DNA of 64,000 nt from Cytophagales bacterium (lineage in GTDB: Bacteria > Bacteroidota > Bacteroidia > Cytophagales > Cyclobacteriaceae). The notes under the pieces are model-generated. The model made no database searches and was not told the DNA's origin. It saw nothing but the letters and a program-made list of their open reading frames with translations. The position numbers and the translations under genes were made by a program. Of the stretch, positions 1 through 11,100 are shown one piece after another. Every line of letters begins with the position of its first letter. Position 1 is the stretch's first letter. Location of the stretch: contig JBBRON010000027.1 of NCBI GenBank assembly GCA_038229375.1, positions 92 to 64,091 on the forward strand, given 5' to 3'.

Positions 1-937
1 TCGGAACAGTCCAGCGGATCCACATGAAGAAAAAGATGAAGAAACTTATCTTTCCAAAGAAAAAAAGTGTGCCGATGATTGTAATTGTGTTGTGATCCAA
101 TCCGAGATTGTTCATGAACGGAAAGTTGTATCCGCCGAAATAAAGTGTCGAAATTACAGCGGATGAAATGAACATATTAATGTATTCTGCAAAGAGATAG
201 AATCCCAATTTCATGCTGCTGTACTCTGTATGATACCCACCAACCAGTTCGGTTTCACATTCCGGCAAGTCAAATGGTGTCCGGTTACATTCCGCGAAAG
301 CGCAAATAAGAAAGATGACAAACCCCACCGGCTGATAAACCACATTCCAGAAGTTCCACTCGCCACCTACCCCACCTGCCTGCATTGCCGTGATCTCACC
401 AAGACTAAGAGTGCCTGTCATCATGATCATTGCAATAATGGAAAAACCCATCGCGATCTCGTAGCTGATCATCTGAGCAGAAGCCCGGATGGCGCCGAGC
501 AATGAAAATTTGTTATTGGAAGACCAGCCACCAATCATTATTCCATATACTCCGATCGATACAACACCGAAAACATAGAGAATGCCGATATTCAGATCCG
601 CAATCTGCAACGAATAGACCTCGCCTCCAATTTCCAGGGTGCCACCCCAGGGTATAATCACTCCGGCCATCAGGGCGGTAAGCATAGCAATGCAAGGGCC
701 GAGTACAAACAACAATCTATTGGAAACATTGGGGATGATCTCCTCCTTCATGATGAACTTCAATCCATCCGCCAGGGGCTGAAACATACCGAATGGACCC
801 GCACGATCTGGACCTACCCTGTCTTGTAAGAACGCAGCCACCTTGCGTTCCGCATAGGTTGAGTACGCGGCGATAAACAGGGTGATGCCAAAGATCGCTC
901 CGCTAAGAATTCCTTTATATAGTAAAAATGAAATCAT
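1..937 (-). CDS. nuoH: NADH-quinone oxidoreductase subunit H (NuoH/ND1), C-terminus cut by window edge
   Basis: Absent from the ORF track because it is open at the edge. My minus-strand translation from the ATG at 937-935 gives MISFLLYKGILSGAIFGITLFIAAYSTYAERKVAAFLQDRVGPDRAGPFGMFQPLADGLKF...EYSSMKLGFYLFAEYINMF, which is ND1/NuoH-like. The start overlaps the nuoG stop as ATGA. Confidence 0.9.
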   Translation of the reverse strand, partial: MISFLLYKGILSGAIFGITLFIAAYSTYAERKVAAFLQDRVGPDRAGPFGMFQPLADGLKFIMKEEIIPNVSNRLLFVLGPCIAMLTALMAGVIIPWGGTLEIGGEVYSLQIADLNIGILYVFGVVSIGVYGIMIGGWSSNNKFSLLGAIRASAQMISYEIAMGFSIIAMIMMTGTLSLGEITAMQAGGVGGEWNFWNVVYQPVGFVIFLICAFAECNRTPFDLPECETELVGGYHTEYSSMKLGFYLFAEYINMFISSAVISTLYFGGYNFPFMNNLGLDHNTITIIGTLFFFGKISFFIFFFMWIRWTVP

Positions 938-1944
938 GAGTAGAGTTTAGGACTTGGTTCTGGCAAAAGTTGAATTCCCTTTTCAAATTCTATCTGACGT
1001 TCAATTTCTTTCTTAAGTTTAAGAAGGTCCGTTCGTTCGTAATGATTTTGCGAGATCACGGAGTTATGTTCGATGTGGCGGGGTCCATCCACTGTCCAGT
1101 GACTCATATCTTTATGCTCAAAGCGGCATTCATTACAGATATATTCTGTTACCTCGCCATTTTTGTCTTTACGTGCCGACACTCGTAAAATTTCATCTCC
1201 TTTTTTCCAGAGAATAACTCTCCCGGAACATTTTGTGCAACTGCGATGTGCGTCAACGGGATTGGTAAACCAAACACGGCTCTTGAAGCGGAATGTCTTG
1301 TCAGTCAAAGCCCCTACCGGACAAACATCGATCATATTTCCTGAAAAATCATTATCAACTGCTTTTTGAATATAGGTACTGATCTCGGACTTGTCACCCC
1401 GCCCTACTACACCATGAACCCGATCATTGGTAAGCTGATCAGCAACAAACGTGCAGCGGTAGCAAAGAATGCACCGGGTCATGTGAAGTTTGATCTTATC
1501 ACCAATATCTATTTTTTCAAAAGTTCTTCTGTCTTCTTCATATCGTGTCGCCGCTGCACCATGCTCGTAGGCGAGGTTCTGAAGATCGCATTCCCCAGCC
1601 TGATCACAGATTGGACAGTCGAGCGGATGATTAATCAATAGAAATTCAACCACTGCCTTTCTTGCCTCAAGTACTTCTGGTGATGACTTGCTTTGAACAA
1701 CCATTCCATCCATAACCGGCGTGCGGCAGGATGCAACAAGCTTCGGCATCGGCCGAGGATCCTTGGTTGAGCCCTGAGCAACTTTAACAAGACATACACG
1801 GCACTTGCCTCCACTATCTTTCAGGCTTGTGTAATAGCACATCGCCGGTGGAACCAATTCTCCGCCTATTTTACGCGCCGCATTGAGTATCGTTGTTCCA
1901 TCGGGAACTTCTACTTCAATGCCATCTATTGTTACCTTCGCCAT
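934..1944 (-). CDS. nuoG: NADH-quinone oxidoreductase subunit G, short form (Fe-S domains only, 336 aa)
   Basis: 2Fe-2S ferredoxin-like N-terminus (CYYTSLKDSGGKCRVCLV), HPLDCPICDQAGECDLQ and RCILCYRCTFV cluster motifs. It lies between nuoF and nuoH. Confidence 0.9.
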   Translation of the reverse strand: MAKVTIDGIEVEVPDGTTILNAARKIGGELVPPAMCYYTSLKDSGGKCRVCLVKVAQGSTKDPRPMPKLVASCRTPVMDGMVVQSKSSPEVLEARKAVVEFLLINHPLDCPICDQAGECDLQNLAYEHGAAATRYEEDRRTFEKIDIGDKIKLHMTRCILCYRCTFVADQLTNDRVHGVVGRGDKSEISTYIQKAVDNDFSGNMIDVCPVGALTDKTFRFKSRVWFTNPVDAHRSCTKCSGRVILWKKGDEILRVSARKDKNGEVTEYICNECRFEHKDMSHWTVDGPRHIEHNSVISQNHYERTDLLKLKKEIERQIEFEKGIQLLPEPSPKLYS

Positions 1945-2050
1945 TAGTAGTTGTTAGCAATATAATTTTCATGCAAGTGTTCCGAAAACGAGTACACGCA
2001 AAATCCAATCGATGCAAAAGCTTTGTTTGATTCAAAAACTATCATAAACA

Positions 2051-3409
2051 TCATACGTTTATTAAGGTTGCTTCACTTACAAAAGGCTCCTTCTCAAAAT
2101 GCTTCGGATTCTTAACCTTCTCGGGATACTTCACGTGATACTCAAACTCTTCGCGGAAGTGACGAATAGCGCTGGCAACTGGCCACGCTGCAGCATCACC
2201 TAACGGGCAGATCGTGTTTCCTTCAATCTTCTTGGCTACACTGACTAAGAGATCAATGTCTTCCATATGTCCATGACCATGCTCAATGCGATGTAGTACC
2301 TTTTCCATCCATCCGGTACCCTCACGACATGGACTGCATTGGCCACATGATTCGTGATGATAAAATCTGGCGAACGTCCAAAGGTTACGAACGATACACG
2401 CCGTTTCATCCATTACGATAAAACCTCCGGAACCTAACATTGTTCCACTTACAAATCCACCTTCGGCCAATGACTCATAGGTCATCAGGCGTTGCTCACC
2501 TTTCGCTGTTTTTAAAATAAGATTGGCCGGAAGAATTGGAACAGACGAACCCCCTGCGACAACTGCTTTAAGCTTTCTGCCTTTCCAGATCCCGCCACAA
2601 TATTCATCCGAGTATATAAATTCTTCAACTGGCAAGCCAAGTTCAATTTCGTAAGTGCCTGGTTTATTGATGTGACCACTTGCCGAGATCAACTTGGTTC
2701 CTGCACTTTTACCTATACCGACATCGTTATACTTATCCGCGGTGATATTGACTATTGTTGGCACAGCGGCGATCGACTCAACATTGTTAACAACGGTTGG
2801 GCATGCGTACAGTCCTGCTATTGCGGGAAATGGTGGTTTCAATCTTGGATTGCCGCGCTTGCCCTCAAGTGATTCGAGCAATGCAGTTTCTTCGCCGCAG
2901 ATATAAGCTCCTGCGCCTGGATGGACATAGATGTCACATGAGAAGCCGGTTCCCAATATGTTCTTGCCGAGAAGACCCGCCTTGTATGCTTCGTCGATTG
3001 CTTTTTCAAGGATGCGAACGATATACATGTATTCGCCGCGTATGTAAATATATCCTGTCTTGGCGCCAAGCGCGTAACAAGAGATGATCATCCCTTCAAT
3101 CAAAATATGAGGGAGCTTCTCCATCAAATACCGGTCTTTGAAAGTCCCCGGTTCGCTTTCATCCGCATTGACTACCAGGTAGCGCGGCTTTTCGGATTTT
3201 CTATCCATGAAACTCCACTTCAGCCCTGTTGGGAAACCAGCGCCTCCCCTGCCTCTCAGATCTGAAAACTTCACTTCTTCGATCAGTTGATCGGGTGTCA
3301 TTGTCTTAAGAGCCTTCTCAACGGACGCATAGCCCCCTTTCGATTGAAACACAGGGAGTGTTTCAATACCCGGGACGTTTACATGTTCTAATAGAAATTT
3401 CTTTCCCAT
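2051..3409 (-). CDS. nuoF: NADH-quinone oxidoreductase subunit F (51 kDa, FMN/NADH-binding)
   Basis: GRGGAGFPTGLKW, NADESEPGTFKDR and ESCGQCSPCREG (N3 cluster) motifs. Confidence 0.95.
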   Translation of the reverse strand: MGKKFLLEHVNVPGIETLPVFQSKGGYASVEKALKTMTPDQLIEEVKFSDLRGRGGAGFPTGLKWSFMDRKSEKPRYLVVNADESEPGTFKDRYLMEKLPHILIEGMIISCYALGAKTGYIYIRGEYMYIVRILEKAIDEAYKAGLLGKNILGTGFSCDIYVHPGAGAYICGEETALLESLEGKRGNPRLKPPFPAIAGLYACPTVVNNVESIAAVPTIVNITADKYNDVGIGKSAGTKLISASGHINKPGTYEIELGLPVEEFIYSDEYCGGIWKGRKLKAVVAGGSSVPILPANLILKTAKGEQRLMTYESLAEGGFVSGTMLGSGGFIVMDETACIVRNLWTFARFYHHESCGQCSPCREGTGWMEKVLHRIEHGHGHMEDIDLLVSVAKKIEGNTICPLGDAAAWPVASAIRHFREEFEYHVKYPEKVKNPKHFEKEPFVSEATLINV

Positions 3410-3416
3410 TCTTCGT

Positions 3417-3956
3417 TCATTTCATGTAGGAGCTTCGCTTGTTGTCGGCCCTTAACTTGTCCAGTATCATATCAACTTTATCATCTGTAAGATCTTCGTG
3501 ATATTGGGCGCCAACCTGAAGCATTGGTGCCGTACCACACGAACCCAGACACTCTACCGTTTTCAAAGTGAACATGCCGTCGCTGGTAGTTTCTCCAACA
3601 TTGACATTCAGTTTGTACTTCAGATGCTCGACAATGTCATCGGCACCTCGCAGCCAGCACGGGCCGGTCTGACAGACTTCGATCAGACATGTACCTACCG
3701 GCTTCAAATTATACATCGAATAGAAAGAAGCTACTTCATAAACTTCAATAGGCTTGATTTGAAGGATAGATGCCACATAGTCCATCACAGGAGCACTGAG
3801 CCATCCATTAAATTCCGATTGCGCCAAATGCAGAATCGGAAGTAACGCTGACTTCTGTTTTCCTTCCGGATATCGCTTGATGATTTTACTCACCAGCGCA
3901 AGTGTGTCGTCCGAAAATTTTACCTCTTCCATTAATTCTCTATTCTCTATTCTCAA
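3417..3956 (-). CDS. nuoE: NADH-quinone oxidoreductase subunit E (24 kDa, 2Fe-2S)
   Basis: Thioredoxin-like 2Fe-2S pattern CQTGPCWLRG ... CLGSCGTAPM; operon position. Confidence 0.9.
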   Translation of the reverse strand: MRIENRELMEEVKFSDDTLALVSKIIKRYPEGKQKSALLPILHLAQSEFNGWLSAPVMDYVASILQIKPIEVYEVASFYSMYNLKPVGTCLIEVCQTGPCWLRGADDIVEHLKYKLNVNVGETTSDGMFTLKTVECLGSCGTAPMLQVGAQYHEDLTDDKVDMILDKLRADNKRSSYMK

Positions 3957-3987
3957 CTTTCAATTTTCCAATTTATGTTTTCAACAC

Positions 3988-5199
3988 TTAAGCGTCCAAT
4001 TCCCCAGCAATTACATTCATACTACTCATGGTAAGGATCGCATCCGACAACATCGACCCTTTTATCATTTCGGGGTATGCCTGATAATAAATAAAACAGG
4101 GCCGTCTTAAGTGCAATCTGAACGGCGTTCTTCCTCCATCGCTGATGAGGTAAAATCCAAGCTCGCCATTTCCACCTTCAACACAATGGTATACTTCGCC
4201 TTTTGGAACGTCAGTCTCTCCCATCACAATTTTGAAATGGTAAATGAGCGCTTCCATGTTATTGTAAACTTCCTCTTTTGGAGGCAGGTAGAATTCTGGC
4301 ACTTTCGCATGGAAAGGTCCTTCAGGAAGTTTTGCTATTGCTTGCTTGATGATGCTTAAGCTTTGCCACATTTCTTCCTGCCGAACCATAAAGCGATCAT
4401 AGGTGTCTCCATTTCTCCCAACGGGAATTTCAAAATCAAAATCTTCATAAGAGGAATAAGGCATCGCCACCCGTACATCATAATCGACTCCGGCGGCGCG
4501 GAGATTAGGACCGGTGAAACTATAGCTTAGTGCTTTTTCCGCAGTAATACCACCGGTTCCAATCGTTCTGTCCATGAAGATCCGATTGCGGCTAAGCAAG
4601 TTTTCAAATTCTTTAAGGACTTTTGGAAATTCAAGCAAGAACTTATTGATTTTGTCCCAGGCTTTCTGAGGAAACTCCCGTTCAAATCCACCTATTCTTC
4701 CAACATTTGAGGTAAGACGGGCTCCGCAGATCTCTTCATAAATTTCATAAACGAGTTCACGTTGCTGAAACATGTAAACAAAGCCTGTGAGTGCTCCTGT
4801 ATCAACTCCAATAACGGCGTTACAAATCAGGTGATCCGTAATTCGCGCGAGTTCCATTACAATAACTCTCAGGTACTGCACCCTCTTTGGGATCTCGATA
4901 CCCAGAAGTTTTTCAACGGTCATGTGCCACCCTATATTATTAATGGGGGCTGAACAATAGTTCATCCGGTCCGTGATCGGTGTGATTTGATAGAACGGTC
5001 TTCGTTCTGCCAGTTTTTCGAATGCACGATGAATGTATCCGATGGTCGGTGTAGCATCAACAATAATTTCTCCATCCATTTTCAGCACATTTTGGAAAAT
5101 ACCGTGCGTCGCAGGATGCGTTGGACCCAGGTTCAGATACGAGTATTGCTTTTCCTCGGGCTTATAAATATGGTCGGCGATCGTTTGATTTGATTCCAT
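3988..5199 (-). CDS. nuoD: NADH-quinone oxidoreductase subunit D (49 kDa)
   Basis: [19 protein letters not shown] and C-terminal VIAGELDA-type ending typical of NuoD. Confidence 0.95.
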   Translation of the reverse strand: MESNQTIADHIYKPEEKQYSYLNLGPTHPATHGIFQNVLKMDGEIIVDATPTIGYIHRAFEKLAERRPFYQITPITDRMNYCSAPINNIGWHMTVEKLLGIEIPKRVQYLRVIVMELARITDHLICNAVIGVDTGALTGFVYMFQQRELVYEIYEEICGARLTSNVGRIGGFEREFPQKAWDKINKFLLEFPKVLKEFENLLSRNRIFMDRTIGTGGITAEKALSYSFTGPNLRAAGVDYDVRVAMPYSSYEDFDFEIPVGRNGDTYDRFMVRQEEMWQSLSIIKQAIAKLPEGPFHAKVPEFYLPPKEEVYNNMEALIYHFKIVMGETDVPKGEVYHCVEGGNGELGFYLISDGGRTPFRLHLRRPCFIYYQAYPEMIKGSMLSDAILTMSSMNVIAGELDA

Positions 5200-5202
5200 A
5201 TA

Positions 5203-5703
5203 CTAACGTCCAAACAATGAGTCATTTTTATCTTCCCGAATCTGATCTTCGAGGGGATATTCTTTTCGCAACGGGAAAATAATCATCTCGTCTACATTGA
5301 GAATACGCGTCAAGTTAGGATGGTTTTCAAAGTTAACACCAAAGAAATCAAATGTTTCGCGCTCCATCCAGTTCGCGGCGGGAAAAACAGTTGTCAGGGT
5401 ATCAATGGTTGGATTCTCTACAGGCAAATACGTTTTCAATCTAACACGCTGATTCGTCACCATATTATGAAGCTGATACATGACTGCGATTTGACTTAAT
5501 TCAGGATAGTGAATTCCACAAAGAGTGGTGAGAAACTGAAATTTTGTTTCAGGGTGATCATACAGATTTCTTATGATCGCTACGATCTTTTCTTTCTTGA
5601 CGGAGATAGTTGGGAAGTCGTACACCATTTCAGCATTCAGGATCTCCCCTTCATACTTTTCTTTTAGAATGGCTACAATTTTTTCCAGGTTGGTTCCTTC
5701 CAT
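5203..5703 (-). CDS. nuoC: NADH-quinone oxidoreductase subunit C (30 kDa)
   Basis: ANWMERETFDFFGVNFENHPNL motif; lies between nuoB and nuoD. Confidence 0.9.
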   Translation of the reverse strand: MEGTNLEKIVAILKEKYEGEILNAEMVYDFPTISVKKEKIVAIIRNLYDHPETKFQFLTTLCGIHYPELSQIAVMYQLHNMVTNQRVRLKTYLPVENPTIDTLTTVFPAANWMERETFDFFGVNFENHPNLTRILNVDEMIIFPLRKEYPLEDQIREDKNDSLFGR

Positions 5704-5705
5704 TT

Positions 5706-6269
5706 TTACTCTATTCCATAAGTGTTCAGCATCGCTTTGTATTCTTTTGAATCTCTCCTTCTAAGCGATTCTGTCTCCACCAATTTCTGAATCTTTATTA
5801 CTCCGTCAATGATCTGTTCAGGACGTGGCGGACATCCCGGCACGTAAACGTCCACGGGGATGATTCTGTCGATACCCTGCAATACACTATATGTATCGAA
5901 AATGCCACCGCTTGATGCACATGCCCCAACGGACAATACCCACCGCGGCTCGGCCATTTGCTCATAAACCTGACGCAACACTGGGCCCATCTTCTTCGCG
6001 ATGGTACCCATGACCATCAGGAGGTCCGCCTGACGGGGTGAAAAACTCAATCGCTCTGAACCAAACCTAGCCAAGTCATAATGCGCTCCCATGGTCGCCA
6101 TGAATTCAATTCCACAGCATGAAGTGGCAAAAGGCAAAGGCCAAATTGAGTTTTTTCGAGCCAATCCAACAACTTTTTCAAGCCGGGTGGCAAAAAACCC
6201 AGCCCCTTCAAGGCCTTCTGGTTTTTCCGCTATCTTGATATCACCCGTCGCTGTACTCATAGTTAACAT
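5706..6269 (-). CDS. nuoB: NADH-quinone oxidoreductase subunit B (PSST, N2 cluster)
   Basis: [17 protein letters not shown] and VPGCPPRPE cysteine motifs. Confidence 0.95.
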   Translation of the reverse strand: MLTMSTATGDIKIAEKPEGLEGAGFFATRLEKVVGLARKNSIWPLPFATSCCGIEFMATMGAHYDLARFGSERLSFSPRQADLLMVMGTIAKKMGPVLRQVYEQMAEPRWVLSVGACASSGGIFDTYSVLQGIDRIIPVDVYVPGCPPRPEQIIDGVIKIQKLVETESLRRRDSKEYKAMLNTYGIE

Positions 6270-6288
6270 GTTAATTATAGTTACCCTT

Positions 6289-6660
6289 TTATTCTTCCCA
6301 GTTTAAGGCACCCTTCTTAATGATGTAGAAGAAACCGACAAGCATCGATCCAATAAACAGGATCATTTCAACAAAACCCGTGAACCCTAACTCCCTGAAA
6401 TTCACGGCCCATGGGTACATGAAAATAACCTCTACATCAAAAAGAACAAACAGGATTGCTACAAGGAAGTACTTAATATTAAAGGGAATTCTGGCATTGC
6501 CTTTCGATTCGATTCCGCACTCGAATGCTTCCAGTTTGATCTTTGTATTGCGCTTCGGACCAAGCATGTGGGTTGCTACCATCGTTACTCCAACGAACCC
6601 CGATGCAAGTAAGAACATCAGCGCAATCGGAGCATATTGAATTAGACCTTGATCCTCCAT
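6289..6660 (-). CDS. nuoA: NADH-quinone oxidoreductase subunit A (ND3)
   Basis: 123 aa, three hydrophobic segments, EAFECGIES and [13 protein letters not shown] motifs; first gene of the operon. Confidence 0.85.
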   Translation of the reverse strand: MEDQGLIQYAPIALMFLLASGFVGVTMVATHMLGPKRNTKIKLEAFECGIESKGNARIPFNIKYFLVAILFVLFDVEVIFMYPWAVNFRELGFTGFVEMILFIGSMLVGFFYIIKKGALNWEE

Positions 6661-7056
6661 ATAATCTAACGATAAAAATATCCTTTTCTAAGGTACCATA
6701 ATAATTAAACGCATCAAATAATTGGGATCCCAGTGTGAAATACCAGATTCACCTTTCATTGATTTCATTTAACCTAACGATAATGCAATGGTGTGAAGGC
6801 CCTGTGAACAACAGGTTGGCCAACAGTTGTAGTTTTTACATTATTTTCTACTTTATAGATAGTTAATTAATATGCTCTTATTCAGATAGTTAATATTAAT
6901 TATTTCCATTTCTTTTTCACTAGCTATTTCCGGCCGAACGCACTAAAAATCTTAAACATTACGTTCTCCTATTTTGTAGTTATTTTTGCCGCCGCGAATA
7001 GAATGAATACAAATAAACTATCAAGGACAGTGAATTACTATCATGATCAATCGGGC

Positions 7057-8130
7057 ATGAAAATGAAAGTTAGAATAGTGCTCTTAGTAATCACAATCGC
7101 TGGGTTTCCTGGATTATTTTCTTCCTGTGATAATTACGTGTACACAGCGCCGGCTAACGTCCGGCCATTATCAGACAAAATCTCGGAGGCTATCAAGCTC
7201 CTGACCGCAACGGTAGAGGGAGCTGGCACCGGAGAAAATGTACGGGGATCCAAGACCATTCTTGCCAGTAGTATAACAATTGCTCAGAATGTCTACGACA
7301 GAAACGCCAAAGTTGGTGTACTACAGGCCGATGTTGATCAGGCGATCGTCGATCTTGACGCGGCTGTGATAAAATATAATAGTTCGCTGGTGCCTACCGT
7401 TGACCTTCCCAACCTGATCGGTCAATGGACCCTCGACAATATCACTGACACGAACAACGGTGAAACAGTACCTGATCATTCGGGAAACGGCAGGGCGGGT
7501 ATTATACGGGCTGGAAATCCATTTTGGGGTCGCGGCACCCCTACCTTCGGAACGGATCGTTATGGTATTTTTGCAAAATCGCTGCACTTCAACGGTGGAG
7601 CGAACATAGAGATCCCCTACAATTCGGATATGAATTCTCCAAGCCTCTCGATATCGCTATGGGTGAAGACAGACTCGACACGTTTGACGAACAGGAATAA
7701 TAAGGTTGCTGTGTCATTGAACCGTTCAAATGGATATCAGCTCGCTTTTGACATCGTTGAAAAATCAGTATTAACTGTTAATCCTCAGGCAAGTCCCGGA
7801 TCTTATATTACTGATAATGCCGCTACGATTGCAGAAGCTATGTGGAAACATGTTGCCGTTACTTTTGGCGACGGCCACATGAGATTCTATTCGGATGGTG
7901 TTTTAATAAAGGATGCTGTGCAATCCGGAACGATTATCACTCAGAATCCTTCCGTAAATCTTGTCTTTGCACAAGATCTGCCAACAGATTTGTATTCTTC
8001 AAATCCGGTGAGTCCATTTTACGTGAATACCGGTGGATATTTCTCCGGCTACCTGGATGAAATCCGTGTTTATAAATCGGTGCTTACTGCGGAACAGGTT
8101 GCAAAGATTTACGCGATCGAAAAACCTTAG
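7057..8130 (+). CDS. LamG/concanavalin-A-like lectin domain lipoprotein with an Ala-rich helical (FIVAR-like) N-terminal module; paralogue of 21272..22348
   Basis: Signal peptide plus lipobox (MKMKVRIVLLVITIAGFPGLFSSCDN). The LamG-type C-terminus ends LDEIRVYKSVLTAEQVAKIYAIEKP, against LDEVRMYKSVLTASQVTSIYTVEKP in the paralogue. The ORF-track start at 7003 extends upstream of the signal peptide, so 7057 or 7063 is the more likely start. Confidence 0.75.
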   Translation: MKMKVRIVLLVITIAGFPGLFSSCDNYVYTAPANVRPLSDKISEAIKLLTATVEGAGTGENVRGSKTILASSITIAQNVYDRNAKVGVLQADVDQAIVDLDAAVIKYNSSLVPTVDLPNLIGQWTLDNITDTNNGETVPDHSGNGRAGIIRAGNPFWGRGTPTFGTDRYGIFAKSLHFNGGANIEIPYNSDMNSPSLSISLWVKTDSTRLTNRNNKVAVSLNRSNGYQLAFDIVEKSVLTVNPQASPGSYITDNAATIAEAMWKHVAVTFGDGHMRFYSDGVLIKDAVQSGTIITQNPSVNLVFAQDLPTDLYSSNPVSPFYVNTGGYFSGYLDEIRVYKSVLTAEQVAKIYAIEKP

Positions 8131-8161
8131 CGAGATGAATACGAACTGTAGATGCCCACAG

Positions 8162-11100
8162 TTACTCCGTCTTTGTTCCCCCGAAATCCTTCGGATGACA
8201 ATGGAACATCTCATTAAATGATTTGTAAAAGTAAGAACGGCTATTAAAGCCCGTTTCATCAATCACTTCTGAAACACTCATACTGGAGTTTTTCAGCAAG
8301 TCAGCAGCCTTTCGCAAACGATACTGCTTTATCAATCCATGTGGAGTAAGTCCGGTGATAGTCTTTACTTTTTTATACAAAGAAGCTTTACTCATTCCAA
8401 CTTCTTCAGCAATGGTATCGGCATTGAATTCATGTTCATTCAGATGCTTTATGATGCATTGCGTTATTTTTGAAAAGAACGTATCATCCGCTTCACTTAT
8501 TCCAGTAGAAATCGGATGAAGCTCCAGATCAGCGAAATTCTGAAACTTCTTTCGTGTTAGTTCCATCCGTTCGATCAATTTCTCGATTCGGATAAAAAGG
8601 TGCTCAGGATGAAACGGCTTTGGGATATAGGAGTCAGCACCCACCTGCAGTCCTTCGATCCTGTTTTCAATTTCACCTTTGGCAGTAAGCAGAATTACGG
8701 GAATGTGACTGGTTTGAATGTTTTCCTTTATTTTTTTACAGAGCGTCAACCCATCCATATCAGGCATAAGTACGTCGGTGATTACAAGATCAATTCGCTC
8801 GTCCTCCAGAATGAAAAGGGCTTTTTTTCCATTAGATGCCTTGTAAATCAAGTACTTATCTGATAGTATGTTCCCAAGCAGTGAAGTGATTTGCGCATTG
8901 TCGTCCACTACAAGGACAGTATAGGGATTCTTTCCAAGCACCGTATTTGCAAATCTCTCAGGTTGATCAATCAGAAGGTGATCGGTCTCAAACTCAAGGG
9001 ATATTTTCTCGACCAGATTAGAGGCGGGAAGTAAAATAGGCTCTTCATCCAACGCATCTGGATACGCTTCTTTAACGCCTGGAATGATGACAGTGAATGT
9101 GCTCCCCTTTCCTGGTTTACTTTCAACATTGATTTCACCCAGGTGAATTTGAACCAGGCTTTTGGTAAGCGAGAGACCAATGCCAGTACTCTTTGCCAGA
9201 CCGTTGATATCGCTTAGTTGTGTAGGATTCTGGTAGAAGCTCTCGAATATTTTATCTTGATTCTGTCTAAGAATTCCTACGCCATCATCTTTTACCGAAT
9301 AAATCACTTTGCCATTGACACCCTTTAACGAAACGGTTACTCTTCCGCCATTCGTGCTGTATTTAATGGCGTTGGATATCAGATTGATAAGTATTTTTTC
9401 AATTTTCTTACCATCAACAAACGCCGGAAGTGACTCAGGCCCCGGATGAAATTCAAGTGATATCTCCCGCTCTGCTGCATAATGGTGAAAGGATTCAATC
9501 ACCTTTTGAGTAAAGGGAACAAGATCCAACGATGATACCTTCAGCGCGCCTTTTCCGCTTTGTATTTTACGGAATTCGATAAGTTCTTCAATTAGTTTTT
9601 GGAGACGCAATGAATTACTATAGATGGTCTTTAGCTGTTTGATTTCTCCCGAATTGTTGTTTTTCTGAAGAAGCGAGGTCACGGGACCAAGGATCAGCGT
9701 CAGGGGTGTCCGGAATTCATGGGCAATGTTTGTAAAGAACTGGAGTTTATAGTCATTCAATTCTTTCAGTTGACTAGCTCTGAATTTATCCATAGCCATC
9801 AATTTCTTTGCACGCAGTCGCCAACGGATATAAAGAATAATTCCGACCTGGAATCCAATGGCAAGCAGTACATATAAGAAATATGCCCAGGATGTCTTCC
9901 AGAAAGGTGGTGTTACGATTATTCGAATGGCTTTCGGGACAGCGTTCCATTCCCCATTTTCATTGGAGAAATTTATAAATAGTGTGTATTGACCGGGAGA
10001 GATGTTCGTAAACGTGACAGATTGCTGCTGGCGTATGTAGTTCCATTCCTTGTCGAAATTTTCCAGAAAATAAGAGTATTCACTTTTTTGTTTGTTCCAG
10101 TAATCGAGGGTAGTAAAGAAGAAGCTTATGAAATTTTGATCGTAGTTAAGCGTGATTTCATCGGTGACGTCAATATCATCTCCTAGAATTTGAGTAGCAT
10201 CGCCCGGCCGTACACTGGTATTTCTTATTTGAAAATCGGTGACAGTGAGCCTTGGAAAATAATCGACTGTATTTAATTTAGCTGGGTATGCTATATCCAG
10301 TCCGTCAATTCCTCCGAAGAAAAGCTTCTCGGAACCTTTGGACTGAAAAACAGCACCATCGGTAAACTCATTATTCTGAAGGCCATCGTTGGTGTCAAAA
10401 GTTTTAAACGAGTTTTTCGCCCGATTATATAGTACCAGGCCGTGATTCGTGGAAATCCAGATGTTTTTGCTGGCATCCTCAAGAATTCCGTGAATCGTAT
10501 TATTTGGCAATCCTTCATGCTCTCGATAGTGCTCAATCCGATACGGCCTTGTCTTGAGATTTAATCGACTAAGTCCGCCGCTCGTTCCAATCCAAAGCTC
10601 TTCCTCAGTGTCAATAAGCATGCTGAGTACATCATTGTTGCATAAGCCGTCGTTGTCGGACACGTTTGACTGAATATGTTCTTCAATTTGCCGGGTCAAC
10701 GCATTGTAACGATAGATACCACCTCCCCGGGTTCCAAACCAAAGCGTATTGGGCTTTTCTTCAATCACCGAATACACAATGTTACTCTTCAACGATGCCT
10801 CGCCGGTCGTTCCCGAATGATGTATCTGATCAAATTCCTTAAACCTGTAATTTCCGGAAGGTGCTTTAACTACTTTTAGGTGTATGACGCCATGACCGCT
10901 TGTTCCCAGCCAGATATCATTAAATGCATCAATGCAAATTGAATAGACTGAACTGAAAGAAATGTCACCCTTGTTTTCAAAATCCGCTGGAAAATGGAAC
11001 ACCTTGTTCGTTTTTGCTTCAATCATATCGATCCCTTCTCCATCGATTCCCAGCCATAAATTTCCATGCTGATCTTTGTTCAGCGCGAGGACGGCGTTGT

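Noticed and set aside
970-3087. Multiple 60-115 aa plus-strand ORFs inside nuoG and nuoF
   Set aside because: All lie antisense to genes with unmistakable Nuo motifs. They have no independent support.
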